A stretch of 63,086 bases of DNA, counting the filler, from an uncultured Candidatus Sumerlaeota bacterium (GTDB taxonomy: Bacteria; CAYMEV01): the NCBI GenBank assembly GCA_964389675.1. It is 4 parts of 4 records of this genome, joined end to end, with 100 filler letters (N's around TTAATTAATTAA, not from the genome) between each part and the next. Parts side by side here need not be neighbours in the genome. Positions count along the whole stretch, not along the records: positions 1 to 27,216 come from CAYMEV010000006.1; 3 more parts are not named here. One strand, written 5' to 3'. The position numbers and the translations under genes are program-made. The notes under the pieces are model-generated. The model had not been told where the DNA came from, ran no database searches, and worked only from the letters and a program-made list of their open reading frames with translations. This document shows, in pieces, positions 10,027-19,795 of this stretch. Each line of letters begins with the position of its first letter. Positions within the stretch are counted from its first letter, which is position 1.

Positions 10027-11091
10027 TTATTTAATTTTCAGGTATCTATCAACATATTTTTTTACTATGTCAGTAACTTCAGCCTCTGGTACAATGCACT
10101 TTTTTTCCCCTTTATACCAGACCGCAGCTTTATCCTTCCCTATACCGCATACACCTATATCCGCATATTTTGATTCGTCTATGCCATTTACAGGGCATCC
10201 CATCACTGCAATCCTGACAGTTTCTGCAATATCTCTCATTTCATCCTCAAGAAGCTTTGCAATATTAAATACATCAATGTTCTTCCTGCCGCAGGTAGGA
10301 CAACTTACCAGACATATGCCCCTTTTCCTGAGCCCGAGGATCTTCAGGATATCCCACCCTACCATGACTTCTGTAACCGGATCGCATGACAGGGAAACCC
10401 TGATCGTCTCTCCGATGCCATCCCTCAGGAGCTCATGATATGCAATACTATGTTTGATCGTTCCTGCTCTTTCTGTCCCGGCTTCAGTCACGCCGATATG
10501 AAGAGGGTAATCAAAATCTTTCCTGAATATCCTGTTGCTTTCCACTGTCCTTTTTACATCATTTGCCTTGATTGATACTACAATATCATAAAACCCCATC
10601 TCTTCCAGGATCTTAACATTCTTGCAGGCAGATTCAACCATAGCTTCAGGCGTCACGCCCCCATGTATATTAAATTCCTTCTCAAGCGATCCTGCATTGA
10701 TTCCGACTCTGATAGGCTTATTGAAACTCTGTGCATATTCACATACCCTCTGCAGCTTTTCCTTTCCTCCCAGGTTTCCAGGATTTATCCGCAGTTTATC
10801 AGCACCATTTTTCAGAGCAGCAATGGCAAGCCTGTAATTATAGTGTATATCTGCAACAACAGGGATGCTGATACCCTTTTTTATCTCCCTGATAGCCTCC
10901 GCATCCTTTTCATCAAGAATACTCACCCTTATAATTTCAGCACCAGCTTTCGCACACTCCTGTATCTGTTCCTGAACTTCCTTTATATTCTTTGTCGGTA
11001 TGGTGGTCATGGTCTGTACCCTGACCGGTTCATCTCCACCTATAAGAATATCACCAACCCTTACAGTCCTAATATTTTTCTTATCAGTCAT
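10027..11091 (-). CDS. ispG: (E)-4-hydroxy-3-methylbut-2-enyl-diphosphate synthase
   Basis: VADIH, LRINPGN, IRVGINAGSL, HIGVTEAG, SCPTCGR, AVMGCPVNG. Confidence 0.96.
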   Translation of the reverse strand: MTDKKNIRTVRVGDILIGGDEPVRVQTMTTIPTKNIKEVQEQIQECAKAGAEIIRVSILDEKDAEAIREIKKGISIPVVADIHYNYRLAIAALKNGADKLRINPGNLGGKEKLQRVCEYAQSFNKPIRVGINAGSLEKEFNIHGGVTPEAMVESACKNVKILEEMGFYDIVVSIKANDVKRTVESNRIFRKDFDYPLHIGVTEAGTERAGTIKHSIAYHELLRDGIGETIRVSLSCDPVTEVMVGWDILKILGLRKRGICLVSCPTCGRKNIDVFNIAKLLEDEMRDIAETVRIAVMGCPVNGIDESKYADIGVCGIGKDKAAVWYKGEKKCIVPEAEVTDIVKKYVDRYLKIK

Positions 11092-12292
11092 ATCTCTTTA
11101 TAATGTATGAAATACCTTCACCACCGTTAGAAAAGCTGTTAACAAGAATATAATCCAGTCTTTTTTTAAGTGGCCTGGGCCTGAAAACATCGATCCCGAT
11201 CTTAGGATCACTCTTAATCCAGCTATGAGGGTAAATAGTATTATTCTCCAATGAAAGAAGAGCAATTGCAAGCCTCATAATGCCGGAGCCATAAAATTCT
11301 CCGATATATCCCTTAGGCGCAAAAACAGGTATATCTGTATGATTCTTCCTGTTAAGATATCTAAGGGCATTTATCTCATAATTATCAAGCCGGCTGGAAT
11401 TTGCACATGAAATAATAAGGCTTATATCTTTATAGTCAATACCTGCTTTTTTAACTGCATCTTCCATGACCCTAATATAAAAGTCATTATCATCGGGATA
11501 TGCATAGCTTCTGCAAGGGGCAGATGAAATATTTACAGATAAAATTTCAGCAATGGGCGATCCACCCCTGCCTGAGGCTCTTTCTGATGATTCCAGTACA
11601 GCGGTTGCGCTTCCTTCACCCATTAAAAAGCCGCTGTCGCAGATAAAAGGGCAGTACATACAGTCAGGTTTCAGCAGTACTCCCATTTTTTCAAAAGCAA
11701 GCATTATGAATAGGCCCAGTTCCTCAAACCCGGCCACAAAACATGATTCAGACCCTTTATATCCTAAATCTCTTATGGCTGTGTATAAGGCTAACTCTCC
11801 AGATACTTCCTTGTGGCAGAAAGTATGGTTTTTCTGAGTATTTCCAAGGATAATGCTCAGCTGGCCTGCTGCTGCGTTTGGAACGGATGGAGGAAAATAC
11901 TGAGGGTTAGCAAACTTGGGGCCTTTTGATAAAATATCCACAAAAAAGCGTTCTGTCCAGTCTGTACCCCCGAATGATGTACCTACAAATATCGATGGCT
12001 CTTTTGCTTCGATTTCACTTAAACCTGCATCTTCAATAGCCTTCTTTGTGGAATATATAAGATATTTCTGAGGGTTATCCATTTTTCGGAACAGGGAAGG
12101 AGGTATATACTTGATATAATCAACATTTTCTACAATCTCAAAAGCTGAATCCTGTTCCAGCTTCTCCGGTGCAAACCTTTTAATCCTTCTTTCTGCTGAT
12201 ATGCCCCTGCTCAGGTTTTTATGCATTTCCTCCTTATTTTCGCCAAGACAGCTTAAGAACCCATACCCTGTTATAAATATCCTTTTCACCAA
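11084..12292 (-). CDS. Ketosynthase-like protein lacking the catalytic triad (chain-length-factor-like)
   Basis: KS fold motifs (FPPSVPNAAAGQ, GEGS, NSFSNGG). The Cys-His-His positions are replaced (HKEVSG, SCANSS, GEFYGS). Confidence 0.75.
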   Translation of the reverse strand: MVKRIFITGYGFLSCLGENKEEMHKNLSRGISAERRIKRFAPEKLEQDSAFEIVENVDYIKYIPPSLFRKMDNPQKYLIYSTKKAIEDAGLSEIEAKEPSIFVGTSFGGTDWTERFFVDILSKGPKFANPQYFPPSVPNAAAGQLSIILGNTQKNHTFCHKEVSGELALYTAIRDLGYKGSESCFVAGFEELGLFIMLAFEKMGVLLKPDCMYCPFICDSGFLMGEGSATAVLESSERASGRGGSPIAEILSVNISSAPCRSYAYPDDNDFYIRVMEDAVKKAGIDYKDISLIISCANSSRLDNYEINALRYLNRKNHTDIPVFAPKGYIGEFYGSGIMRLAIALLSLENNTIYPHSWIKSDPKIGIDVFRPRPLKKRLDYILVNSFSNGGEGISYIIKRYD

Positions 12293-13506
12293 TTACCCTC
12301 CCACCTTTTGATTACAATAGAGGTATTATTGCCGCCAAAACCAAATGAATTGGATAAAACATGAGTCATATCTCTCTCTTTTATCGTGCCTCCAATTATA
12401 TTGCCCTTTATTGCCTCATCTATTTCATCTAATCTGAGAGTAGGGGGAATAATGCTGTTATTAATCGAAAGGATGGTAAAAACAGCTTCAATAGCCCCTG
12501 CTGCACCCAGGCAGTGCCCTATATAGCTCTTATTGGAACTGATAGGAACATCGGGATTTTTCTCATTAAATATCTCATAAACAGCTTTGCACTCCGAAAT
12601 ATCATTAAGTTTGGTCCCGGTTCCATGAGCATTTATGTAATCTATATCTTCAATGTCCAGGCCGGATCCTTTTATGGCTTTCATCATTGATTGTTTTGCC
12701 CCTTCACCGCCTGGATGAGGAGTAGTCATATGGTGTGCATCTGAAGAACATCCATAATCAAGCATCTCCGCAAAAACAGGGGCATTTCGTTTCTTTGCGT
12801 GTTCCAGCTCTTCCAGAATAAGGACTGCCCCGCATTCACCCAGGCTTAATCCTTTCCTGCTCTTATCGAATGGCCTGCAGGGGGCTTTATCCATGTTTTT
12901 CAGGTTGTGGAAACCTGCAAATGTCAGTTCGCTTAAAGCTTCTGCACCACCGGTCAGGCATATATCATAGCCTTCATATCTTATGTGGTCTGCAGCTATG
13001 CCTATGGCTGAATTGCTGCTGGAGCAGGCAGTTGCTATGGTAGTTCTTGGTCCGTACAAACCGAAATAATTGCCGATGGTATCAGTAGTGACACTGGTAG
13101 GTGTTGCAGCCAGATATTTAAGTGAAGCCCTTCTGCCGTTAAAATAGGCTCTTCTGTAAATCTCTGCAGAAAGCATGCCGCTGGCACCTGCCCCCAGGAC
13201 AATACATGAATCCTTCAGGCATTCACAATCAAGCAATCCTGCCATCCTCAGTGCTTCATCAGCAGCTGTAAGGCCCAGGACATCATTCCTTGACAGGTTT
13301 CTATTCATATGCTCTGGAATTGAAGAATATCGGTAGAGATCATATACTTCTGAAGCAATATGAACATTATATGCTGTTGTATCCATTACACTGACATCCT
13401 TTATACCGGATTTCAGCGAAAGGATATTCTCCAGTACCTCCCTGCTGTTATAGCCTATTCCACAGATAATCCCATAACCTGTTATTACAACTCTTTTTTT
13501 TGCCAT
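12286..13506 (-). CDS. fabF: Beta-ketoacyl-ACP synthase II family (active KS)
   Basis: TACSSS, NAHGTGT, GHCLGAAG, SNSFGFGG. Confidence 0.88.
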   Translation of the reverse strand: MAKKRVVITGYGIICGIGYNSREVLENILSLKSGIKDVSVMDTTAYNVHIASEVYDLYRYSSIPEHMNRNLSRNDVLGLTAADEALRMAGLLDCECLKDSCIVLGAGASGMLSAEIYRRAYFNGRRASLKYLAATPTSVTTDTIGNYFGLYGPRTTIATACSSSNSAIGIAADHIRYEGYDICLTGGAEALSELTFAGFHNLKNMDKAPCRPFDKSRKGLSLGECGAVLILEELEHAKKRNAPVFAEMLDYGCSSDAHHMTTPHPGGEGAKQSMMKAIKGSGLDIEDIDYINAHGTGTKLNDISECKAVYEIFNEKNPDVPISSNKSYIGHCLGAAGAIEAVFTILSINNSIIPPTLRLDEIDEAIKGNIIGGTIKERDMTHVLSNSFGFGGNNTSIVIKRWEGNW

Positions 13507-13517
13507 AATCTTCCTCT

Positions 13518-14243
13518 TTATGAGATGCTTAAGCCACCATCCACCTTAATGACAGAACCGGATATATAGGCTGATTCTTCCCTCAGGAGGTATTCTACGA
13601 CCCCGGCAACTTCTTCAGGTTCTCCAGGCCTTTTAAGGGGTATGGTATCTATAAACTGGTCTTTTATTTCCTTTTTAAGGTCCTCATACATCCTTGTCTT
13701 GATAACACCAGGACAGACCGCATTGGATGTTATGCCGAGCTGTCCAACTTCCCTTGCAACAGATTTTGTCAATGCAATGAGCCCCCCTTTTGATGCTGAA
13801 TAATTTGCCTGCCCTTCACGGCCAAGAATTCCGGATGGGCTTACTATGTTTATTATTCTCCCTCTTTTTTTAGGGATCATAAGGGACAATGCATTTTTTA
13901 TGCAGAAGAAAGATCCCTTCAGATTGACATCCATAACCTCATCCCAGTCATTCTCATTCATCCACAGGATCATTTTATCCCTGACAATCCCGGCATTATT
14001 TACCAGGCCGTAAAGCTCGATGCCTTTCTTCCTTATAAAGCCGAACATTTCCTTTATGGCTTTTATATCCCTTAAATCTGCCTTAAATTTAAGATGATTA
14101 TTATCTGAGTCCGCATATAATCTTTCAATATTCTGACATTCCGAGCGATAATGGGCAATTACACCATAACCCGCTTTTATCAAAAAACCTATAATTCCTA
14201 AGCCTATCCCTCTGTTTGATCCTGTAACCAGCACATATTTCAT
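13518..14243 (-). CDS. fabG: 3-oxoacyl-ACP reductase (SDR)
   Basis: TGSNRGIG, NNAGI, YSASK, VDGG. Confidence 0.88.
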   Translation of the reverse strand: MKYVLVTGSNRGIGLGIIGFLIKAGYGVIAHYRSECQNIERLYADSDNNHLKFKADLRDIKAIKEMFGFIRKKGIELYGLVNNAGIVRDKMILWMNENDWDEVMDVNLKGSFFCIKNALSLMIPKKRGRIINIVSPSGILGREGQANYSASKGGLIALTKSVAREVGQLGITSNAVCPGVIKTRMYEDLKKEIKDQFIDTIPLKRPGEPEEVAGVVEYLLREESAYISGSVIKVDGGLSIS

Positions 14244-14409
14244 ATCCTGAATCTCCCTGTAAAAATCTAAACCGTTGCTTTAAGGCATTCCTTAAAAAAT
14301 ATCCCTGTTATGTTAATCAATGCTTGAAAATAAATCAAAATAAAAAATATAATTGACATTGCTAAGGATTTTAATCAATGATTTTATCAATCTGCTATGG
14401 AGGATTATT

Positions 14410-15423
14410 ATGAAAATTACTGATATTACATGTGAAGAGATATATATACCGCTGAAAAAGCCATTCAGGATATCCTACGGTACCCAGAGAGCCTATAAGG
14501 GTGTAATAATAAAAATAGATACTGATGAAAACATTTCTGGCCTTGGTGAAGCCCCAATATCACCGCATATTACCGGGGATACCATCAGTTCAATAACTGG
14601 TGCCATTGAAATATTTAAAGAGCTTCTGCTGGGTGAAAACCCTCTTCTTATACCAAAGTTGATCGGGCTTATCAATAATTCTATTCTTTATAACTACAGT
14701 GCAAAAAAGGCTGTGGACAATGCATTATATGATATATTGACAAAGGTCACAGGAATAACAGTGAGGGAGATGCTTGGTGCAAGCCTTCAACAACTTGAGA
14801 CATCTCTTACAGTGAGCATTGGAACCAGAAAAGACTGCCTGAGGGATGCCGAAGCGCTTATTGAGATGGGAGCAAAGGTTATAAAGGCAAAAATTGGACT
14901 GTCCCCAAAAGAAGATATAGACAGGGTAAAGGCACTGTGCAGTAATTTTGATGTACCGGTAAGGCTGGATGCAAATGGAGGATATACCTTAAAAGAGGCA
15001 ATCCATGTCCTCCGGGAACTGGAAGGACTGAATATCCAGTTTATTGAACAGCCTGTCAGGCATGATCTGTATGAAGAGCTTGGCGAACTCAGAAAGCAGA
15101 CTATAATACCGGTTATGGCCGATGAATCAGTCAGAACATGTATTGATCTGCTAAGGGTCATAGACCATGTTGATATGGTTAACATAAAGCTTGCAAAAAC
15201 CGGCGGGATACACGAAGCAGTCATTATGGCAAATATCCTGAAAAAGAAAAATAAGAAATTCATGGTCGGATGCATGATAGAGACCAAACTTTCTATAGCA
15301 GCCGGCCTCAATTTCAGCCTGGGCGTCGGAGCAGATTATATTGACCTCGATGGGTTTATTGATCTTGAGACCCAGGTTCACGATGATCTTGTAACTTTCC
15401 GGGATGGTTTCCTGAGCCTTTAG
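14410..15423 (+). CDS. L-Ala-D/L-Glu dipeptide epimerase (enolase superfamily)
   Basis: KAK, DANGG, EQP, ADES, NIKLAK, GCMIE, DLD. GGAGG RBS precedes ATG 14410. Confidence 0.85.
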   Translation: MKITDITCEEIYIPLKKPFRISYGTQRAYKGVIIKIDTDENISGLGEAPISPHITGDTISSITGAIEIFKELLLGENPLLIPKLIGLINNSILYNYSAKKAVDNALYDILTKVTGITVREMLGASLQQLETSLTVSIGTRKDCLRDAEALIEMGAKVIKAKIGLSPKEDIDRVKALCSNFDVPVRLDANGGYTLKEAIHVLRELEGLNIQFIEQPVRHDLYEELGELRKQTIIPVMADESVRTCIDLLRVIDHVDMVNIKLAKTGGIHEAVIMANILKKKNKKFMVGCMIETKLSIAAGLNFSLGVGADYIDLDGFIDLETQVHDDLVTFRDGFLSL

Positions 15424-15437
15424 ATTGAGGAAAAGAT

Positions 15438-16451
15438 ATGAGAGTTGTGGTACTTGCCCATAATTTCTTTACCAGACAGGGTGGAAAAACAGCCAGGGGC
15501 ATATACCTTTATTCAGACTTTGATATTGTCGGGATCCTTGATAAAACTCTTAAAGTAGATAATGCAAAGCACATTTTCCATTCTGGCAGGAATGTACCTG
15601 TTTACTCACATTTGAGCCAGATAAGCTCTGATTATGATGCACTGATAATAGGGGTTTCGCCAATTGGGGGAAAACTGCCCTATGAATGGAAGGAAGAGAT
15701 AAAACTGGCTCTTAATAATGGCAAGGACATAATAAATGGGCTGCATCAGTTTTTATCTGATGATGATGAGCTGATGTCGGTCTGCAGATCAAAGATAATA
15801 GATATCAGGAAGCCGGATCCTTCAAAATTCCGTATCCTTGATGGTTCCGGAAGAGATGCAAATACATTGATGATAAGCGGGACTGACTGCTCCTGCGGGA
15901 AAATGGTGACAGCTTTAGAACTGAGAAATTCCATGAGAAGTTCAGGCATAAATGTCGGCTTTATTGCTACAGGACAGACAGGAATGCTTTGTTCGCCGGA
16001 TGAATGGGCAGTAATAGACAGGATGCCCGGAGATTTCATGGCAGGGGTCCTTGAAGGCATGATAAACAATATTAAAAAAAAGAGAGATATCATCATAGTT
16101 GAGGGTCAGGGTTCCCTTCATCATCCTGCCTACAGCGGGGTAACCCTTGCAATACTGCATGGAAGCAATGCAAAAAAAATAATTATGTGCCATAATCCCA
16201 AAAGACAGGAACATCACGATTTCCCCGGTTCAAAAATACCTCCGTTAAGGGATATTGTAAAGCTTACTGAAGAGATTGCATGCCCTGTTTCAGGCGGCAA
16301 AGTTGTCGGATTTTCCATTATTGGTGAGAGTATGTCCGATAAAGAGCTCTGCAGCTATATAAAAAAGACAGAGGACAGCTTTGGGCTTCCAGCAACTGAC
16401 GTATGGAGATTCGGCTGTAAAAAGCTTATTGATCATATATTGCAGATTTAA
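15438..16451 (+). CDS. DUF1611 family P-loop protein
   Basis: GKTARG, GTDCSCGKM, ATGQTG, VEGQGSL.HPAYSGV; typical epimerase neighbour. Confidence 0.85.
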   Translation: MRVVVLAHNFFTRQGGKTARGIYLYSDFDIVGILDKTLKVDNAKHIFHSGRNVPVYSHLSQISSDYDALIIGVSPIGGKLPYEWKEEIKLALNNGKDIINGLHQFLSDDDELMSVCRSKIIDIRKPDPSKFRILDGSGRDANTLMISGTDCSCGKMVTALELRNSMRSSGINVGFIATGQTGMLCSPDEWAVIDRMPGDFMAGVLEGMINNIKKKRDIIIVEGQGSLHHPAYSGVTLAILHGSNAKKIIMCHNPKRQEHHDFPGSKIPPLRDIVKLTEEIACPVSGGKVVGFSIIGESMSDKELCSYIKKTEDSFGLPATDVWRFGCKKLIDHILQI

Positions 16452-16477
16452 TTTCCAATCATCACTTTTACTGTAAA

Positions 16478-16494
16478 GTGTAAACTGTTTACAC
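16478..16494. promoter_or_regulatory. Palindromic candidate activator site upstream of the sigma-54 promoter
   Basis: Perfect inverted repeat GTGTAAAC-T-GTTTACAC about 55 bp upstream of the -24/-12 element. Confidence 0.5.
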
Positions 16495-16548
16495 TGTTTA
16501 CCATTTCAGGCCCCTGCATAGAATGCGGAAAATCCAGATTCCTTTGTT

Positions 16549-16564
16549 TGGCACAATATTTGCA
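16549..16564 (+). promoter_or_regulatory. Sigma-54 (-24/-12) promoter of comEA
   Basis: TGGCAC-AATAT-TTGCA, an exact TGGCAC-N5-TTGCW consensus 38 nt before the ATG. Confidence 0.8.
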
Positions 16565-16602
16565 GTACTAATCTGCAACCAAATAAAAAGGAGGAACAAA
16601 AA

Positions 16603-16878
16603 ATGGTACAGAAAAGACTAAACACACTAACAGCAATGCTGGCAATAGCAGCAATTCTCATGCTTACACCGGTATTAGCAGCTTCAGGCAAAATCAATAT
16701 CAATTCAGCCACTTCAGAGCAGCTGTCTGAGATCAAGGGGATAGGCCCTTCACTTGCTGAGAGGATAATCGAATTCAGGAATCAGAATGGGCCTTTTAAT
16801 GCTATCGATGAGCTTCTTATGGTAAAAGGCATAGGACCCAAGCTTCTTGATAAGATCAAGCCCATGCTGACTGTCTGA
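16603..16878 (+). CDS. comEA: ComEA family helix-hairpin-helix DNA-binding protein with signal peptide
   Basis: KININSAT.EQL..IKGIGP..A..II..R...GPF...L..VKGIG; GGAGG RBS. Confidence 0.9.
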   Translation: MVQKRLNTLTAMLAIAAILMLTPVLAASGKININSATSEQLSEIKGIGPSLAERIIEFRNQNGPFNAIDELLMVKGIGPKLLDKIKPMLTV

Positions 16879-16890
16879 GAGTCCCGGCAC

Positions 16891-16926
16891 AATATTAGCC
16901 CCGGTATTGCAGCCGGGGCTAATATT
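16891..16926. terminator. Bidirectional intrinsic terminator between comEA and PP2C
   Basis: Perfect 14-bp inverted repeat AATATTAGCCCCGG / CCGGGGCTAATATT with 8-nt loop, between convergent genes. Confidence 0.8.
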
Positions 16927-17764
16927 TTTCTGTCTTTATCCTTTTATATTTCAGCCTTATTTTTGGCTTCTTTTTATATATTTCAGCATCAAATCTGCCT
17001 CTCTGGATGATTATAACCGTTATATTGTCCTCTCCGCCATTTTTATTTGCAAGTTTTACAAGAGAACTGCAAATATTCTCTATATCATCATCCCTGGAGA
17101 TCATGCTGCTTATAACCTTATCACTGACCATATCAGTCAGCCCGTCCGTGGACAGAATAATCCTGTCGCTGTCCCTGAAAGGTAATCTGTATACATCCGG
17201 TATCTGATCCTCTTCCATACCAATATGCCTTGTGATAATATGCTTCATAGGATGTTTCCTGGCTTGTGCAGGTGTTATCTGGCCTGCCAGGACAAGATTC
17301 CCTACCAGTGAATGGTCAATAGTAACCTGCTTAAAAAGGTTTTTCCTCAGAAGATATGCTCTGCTGTCGCCTATATTGGCTATGTAAATGCTGTTTTTAT
17401 TGGCAAGGGCAGAGACCAGGGTGCATCCCATTCCGTTATATTCGGATTTTCTAAGGCTCTGCTTAAATACTTCACGGTTTAGGCTGGATATAATATTCTT
17501 TATATTGCTGATAATTTCATTTTCAGAAAGGCTGTCTATTCTTTTTCCAAGCTCTTTGAAATGCTGTGAAAGGATTGAAATTGCCAGGCCTGAAGCCATT
17601 TCTCCTGCCTGATGCCCTCCAATGCCATCAGCGACAATAAATATCCCTGAATCTTTATCAAGGAAATAATTGTCCTCATTATGGTCCCTTTTTATACCTT
17701 CATCTGTCATTCCGCAGGAGCGTATCTCCCCGCTGGATTTCCTGTCATCTGTATCTTTATTCAT
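16919..17764 (-). CDS. PP2C/Stp1 family Ser/Thr phosphatase
   Basis: RDHNED, VADGIGG, GDSRAY, STDGL, GGEDNIT. Confidence 0.92.
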   Translation of the reverse strand: MNKDTDDRKSSGEIRSCGMTDEGIKRDHNEDNYFLDKDSGIFIVADGIGGHQAGEMASGLAISILSQHFKELGKRIDSLSENEIISNIKNIISSLNREVFKQSLRKSEYNGMGCTLVSALANKNSIYIANIGDSRAYLLRKNLFKQVTIDHSLVGNLVLAGQITPAQARKHPMKHIITRHIGMEEDQIPDVYRLPFRDSDRIILSTDGLTDMVSDKVISSMISRDDDIENICSSLVKLANKNGGEDNITVIIIQRGRFDAEIYKKKPKIRLKYKRIKTEKY

Positions 17765-18038
17765 TGACTGGCTAAAACCCCTTTATTTAAGTTAATTATT
17801 ATCTTTACAGGAATATGCATTTTTTTCAATAAATATATTCCAGTATCAGAAATAATAATCTAAATTAAGATAAAATGAAAATTAGTATTTCCTGCATCTT
17901 TTAAATCATAAATGCATACCTGATATTAAGTATTTTTTGATTTCCTTATTCCATATTGCTTTACCAGGCTGAAAAGCAATATAAACCTGTTTTGAAAATT
18001 ATGGTTTTTATGGAATGATTTTTGCTTCATATTTAGAT

Positions 18039-19577
18039 ATGATATCCTATACACATAGTATCTGCACTCATTCACTGGATGGAATAATTGTAAGCATCGA
18101 AACCGATATATCAAAAAGCGGCCTTCCGGGATTCTGTATTGTTGGCCTTGCGGATACATCAGTCAAGGAAAGCAAGGAAAGAATATTCACCGCATTAAAA
18201 AATAATAATTTTGGACCGGTAAGAAGAAAGATTGTTATCAATATGGCCCCTGCTGATATCAGAAAGGAGGGGTCACAGTATGACCTGCCAATAGCCCTGG
18301 GTATAATTGATTCTGGTATAAAAAGATTTGAGAGGAACCTGCAGGAATATGTAATAATAGGCGAATTGTCATTAAACGGCAGACTAAAGGGTGTCCCGGG
18401 AGTCCTGCCGGCACTCCTGGCAGCTAAAAAGCACGGATTCTCAAAGGCAATCATCCCTGAAGAAAACAAGTTTGAGGCATCCCTGATAAGGGGGATTGAA
18501 ATAATAGCATCCGACAGCCTGATATCCACTGCCAGGCATCTCTGGAAACTCAAAGATATTAAAGTATTAGACCCGTTAGATTTTTCAGATTTTAATCATA
18601 ATGGGCAAAATGATGAGTTTCCGCTCGATATAATTGACATAAAAGGCCAGGTCAATGCAAAAAGAGCAATTATGATAGCCTGCAGCGGAAGGCATAATAT
18701 TCTGTTCTATGGGCCTCCCGGAACTGGAAAATCTATGATATCCAAAAGAATTCCGTATTTGCTGCCTCCAATGACATATAGTGAATATATTTCAACTCTT
18801 TCAGTCTATTCACTCTATGATCAGATCAACAATACAACTCTAAAAACCCTGCTGAAACGTCCGTTTCGGTCTCCTCACCATACTATTTCGACAGTAGGAC
18901 TCATTGGAGGAGGCTCATCGCCGAAGCCGGGGGAAATAAGCCTTGCTCATAATGGCGTTCTATTCCTGGATGAGCTTCCGGAATTTTCAAAAAAGATGCT
19001 GGATTCTCTGCGACAGCCCATGGAGGACAGGTATGTAAACATAAGCAGGGCGAGATACAGTATTCACATGCCCTCTGATTTCATGCTTATAGCATCAATG
19101 AATCCCTGCCCCTGCGGTTATTTTGGAAGTAATGTCAAAGACTGCATATGTTCAATAGCAAATATCAGGAGATACCGTTCGAAGCTTTCAGGGCCTCTTC
19201 TTGACAGAATAGACCTGTTTGTCGAAATGTCAGATGTTTCAGAGGAAGAATTGATGAAGAGCAACAAAATAGATTCACGATCAGTAAGGGACAGGATAGA
19301 GTCTGCATATCTGATTCAGAAGGATAGATATAAAAATGATTGCTTCGTATTCAATTCGCAGATATCTGATGATAAGATCAGCCATTACTGCCAATTAAAG
19401 AGGGATTCAGGGATATTTTTCAGGCAGGTCATAAAGCATCTGAACCTGTCCGCCCGCTCAGTTATAAAACTGCTTAAGGTTTGCAGGACAATTGCAGATA
19501 TTGAAAACTCGGAAGATATAAATTCAAGTCATATTGCTGAAGGAAGCAGTTATTTCAGGTTTTTTGAATCAGTGTAA
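18039..19577 (+). CDS. comM: YifB/ComM family Mg-chelatase-like AAA ATPase
   Basis: VGLAD..VKES, GPPGTGKS, RPFRSPHHT, GVLFLDE, NPCPCG, SGPLLDRID. Probable start at ATG 18039. Confidence 0.92.
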   Translation: MISYTHSICTHSLDGIIVSIETDISKSGLPGFCIVGLADTSVKESKERIFTALKNNNFGPVRRKIVINMAPADIRKEGSQYDLPIALGIIDSGIKRFERNLQEYVIIGELSLNGRLKGVPGVLPALLAAKKHGFSKAIIPEENKFEASLIRGIEIIASDSLISTARHLWKLKDIKVLDPLDFSDFNHNGQNDEFPLDIIDIKGQVNAKRAIMIACSGRHNILFYGPPGTGKSMISKRIPYLLPPMTYSEYISTLSVYSLYDQINNTTLKTLLKRPFRSPHHTISTVGLIGGGSSPKPGEISLAHNGVLFLDELPEFSKKMLDSLRQPMEDRYVNISRARYSIHMPSDFMLIASMNPCPCGYFGSNVKDCICSIANIRRYRSKLSGPLLDRIDLFVEMSDVSEEELMKSNKIDSRSVRDRIESAYLIQKDRYKNDCFVFNSQISDDKISHYCQLKRDSGIFFRQVIKHLNLSARSVIKLLKVCRTIADIENSEDINSSHIAEGSSYFRFFESV

Positions 19578-19795
19578 TATAATTTGACAGTTTCTCTAAA
19601 AATGAATTTCAAAAAATTTTTATGCAAGCCGGAAGAAAATTGCCTGTAAATACAGGATCATAGCTGAAGATTGCTTAATCGTTCTGCAATAAACAAAGGG
19701 GCTGTACTGGATATTTATATCATCGCTGAAAACCATATATTAAATATTCTGCTTTTTAAGCATCCCTTTTCCCTAAATGCAGATCTGTCCAAATA

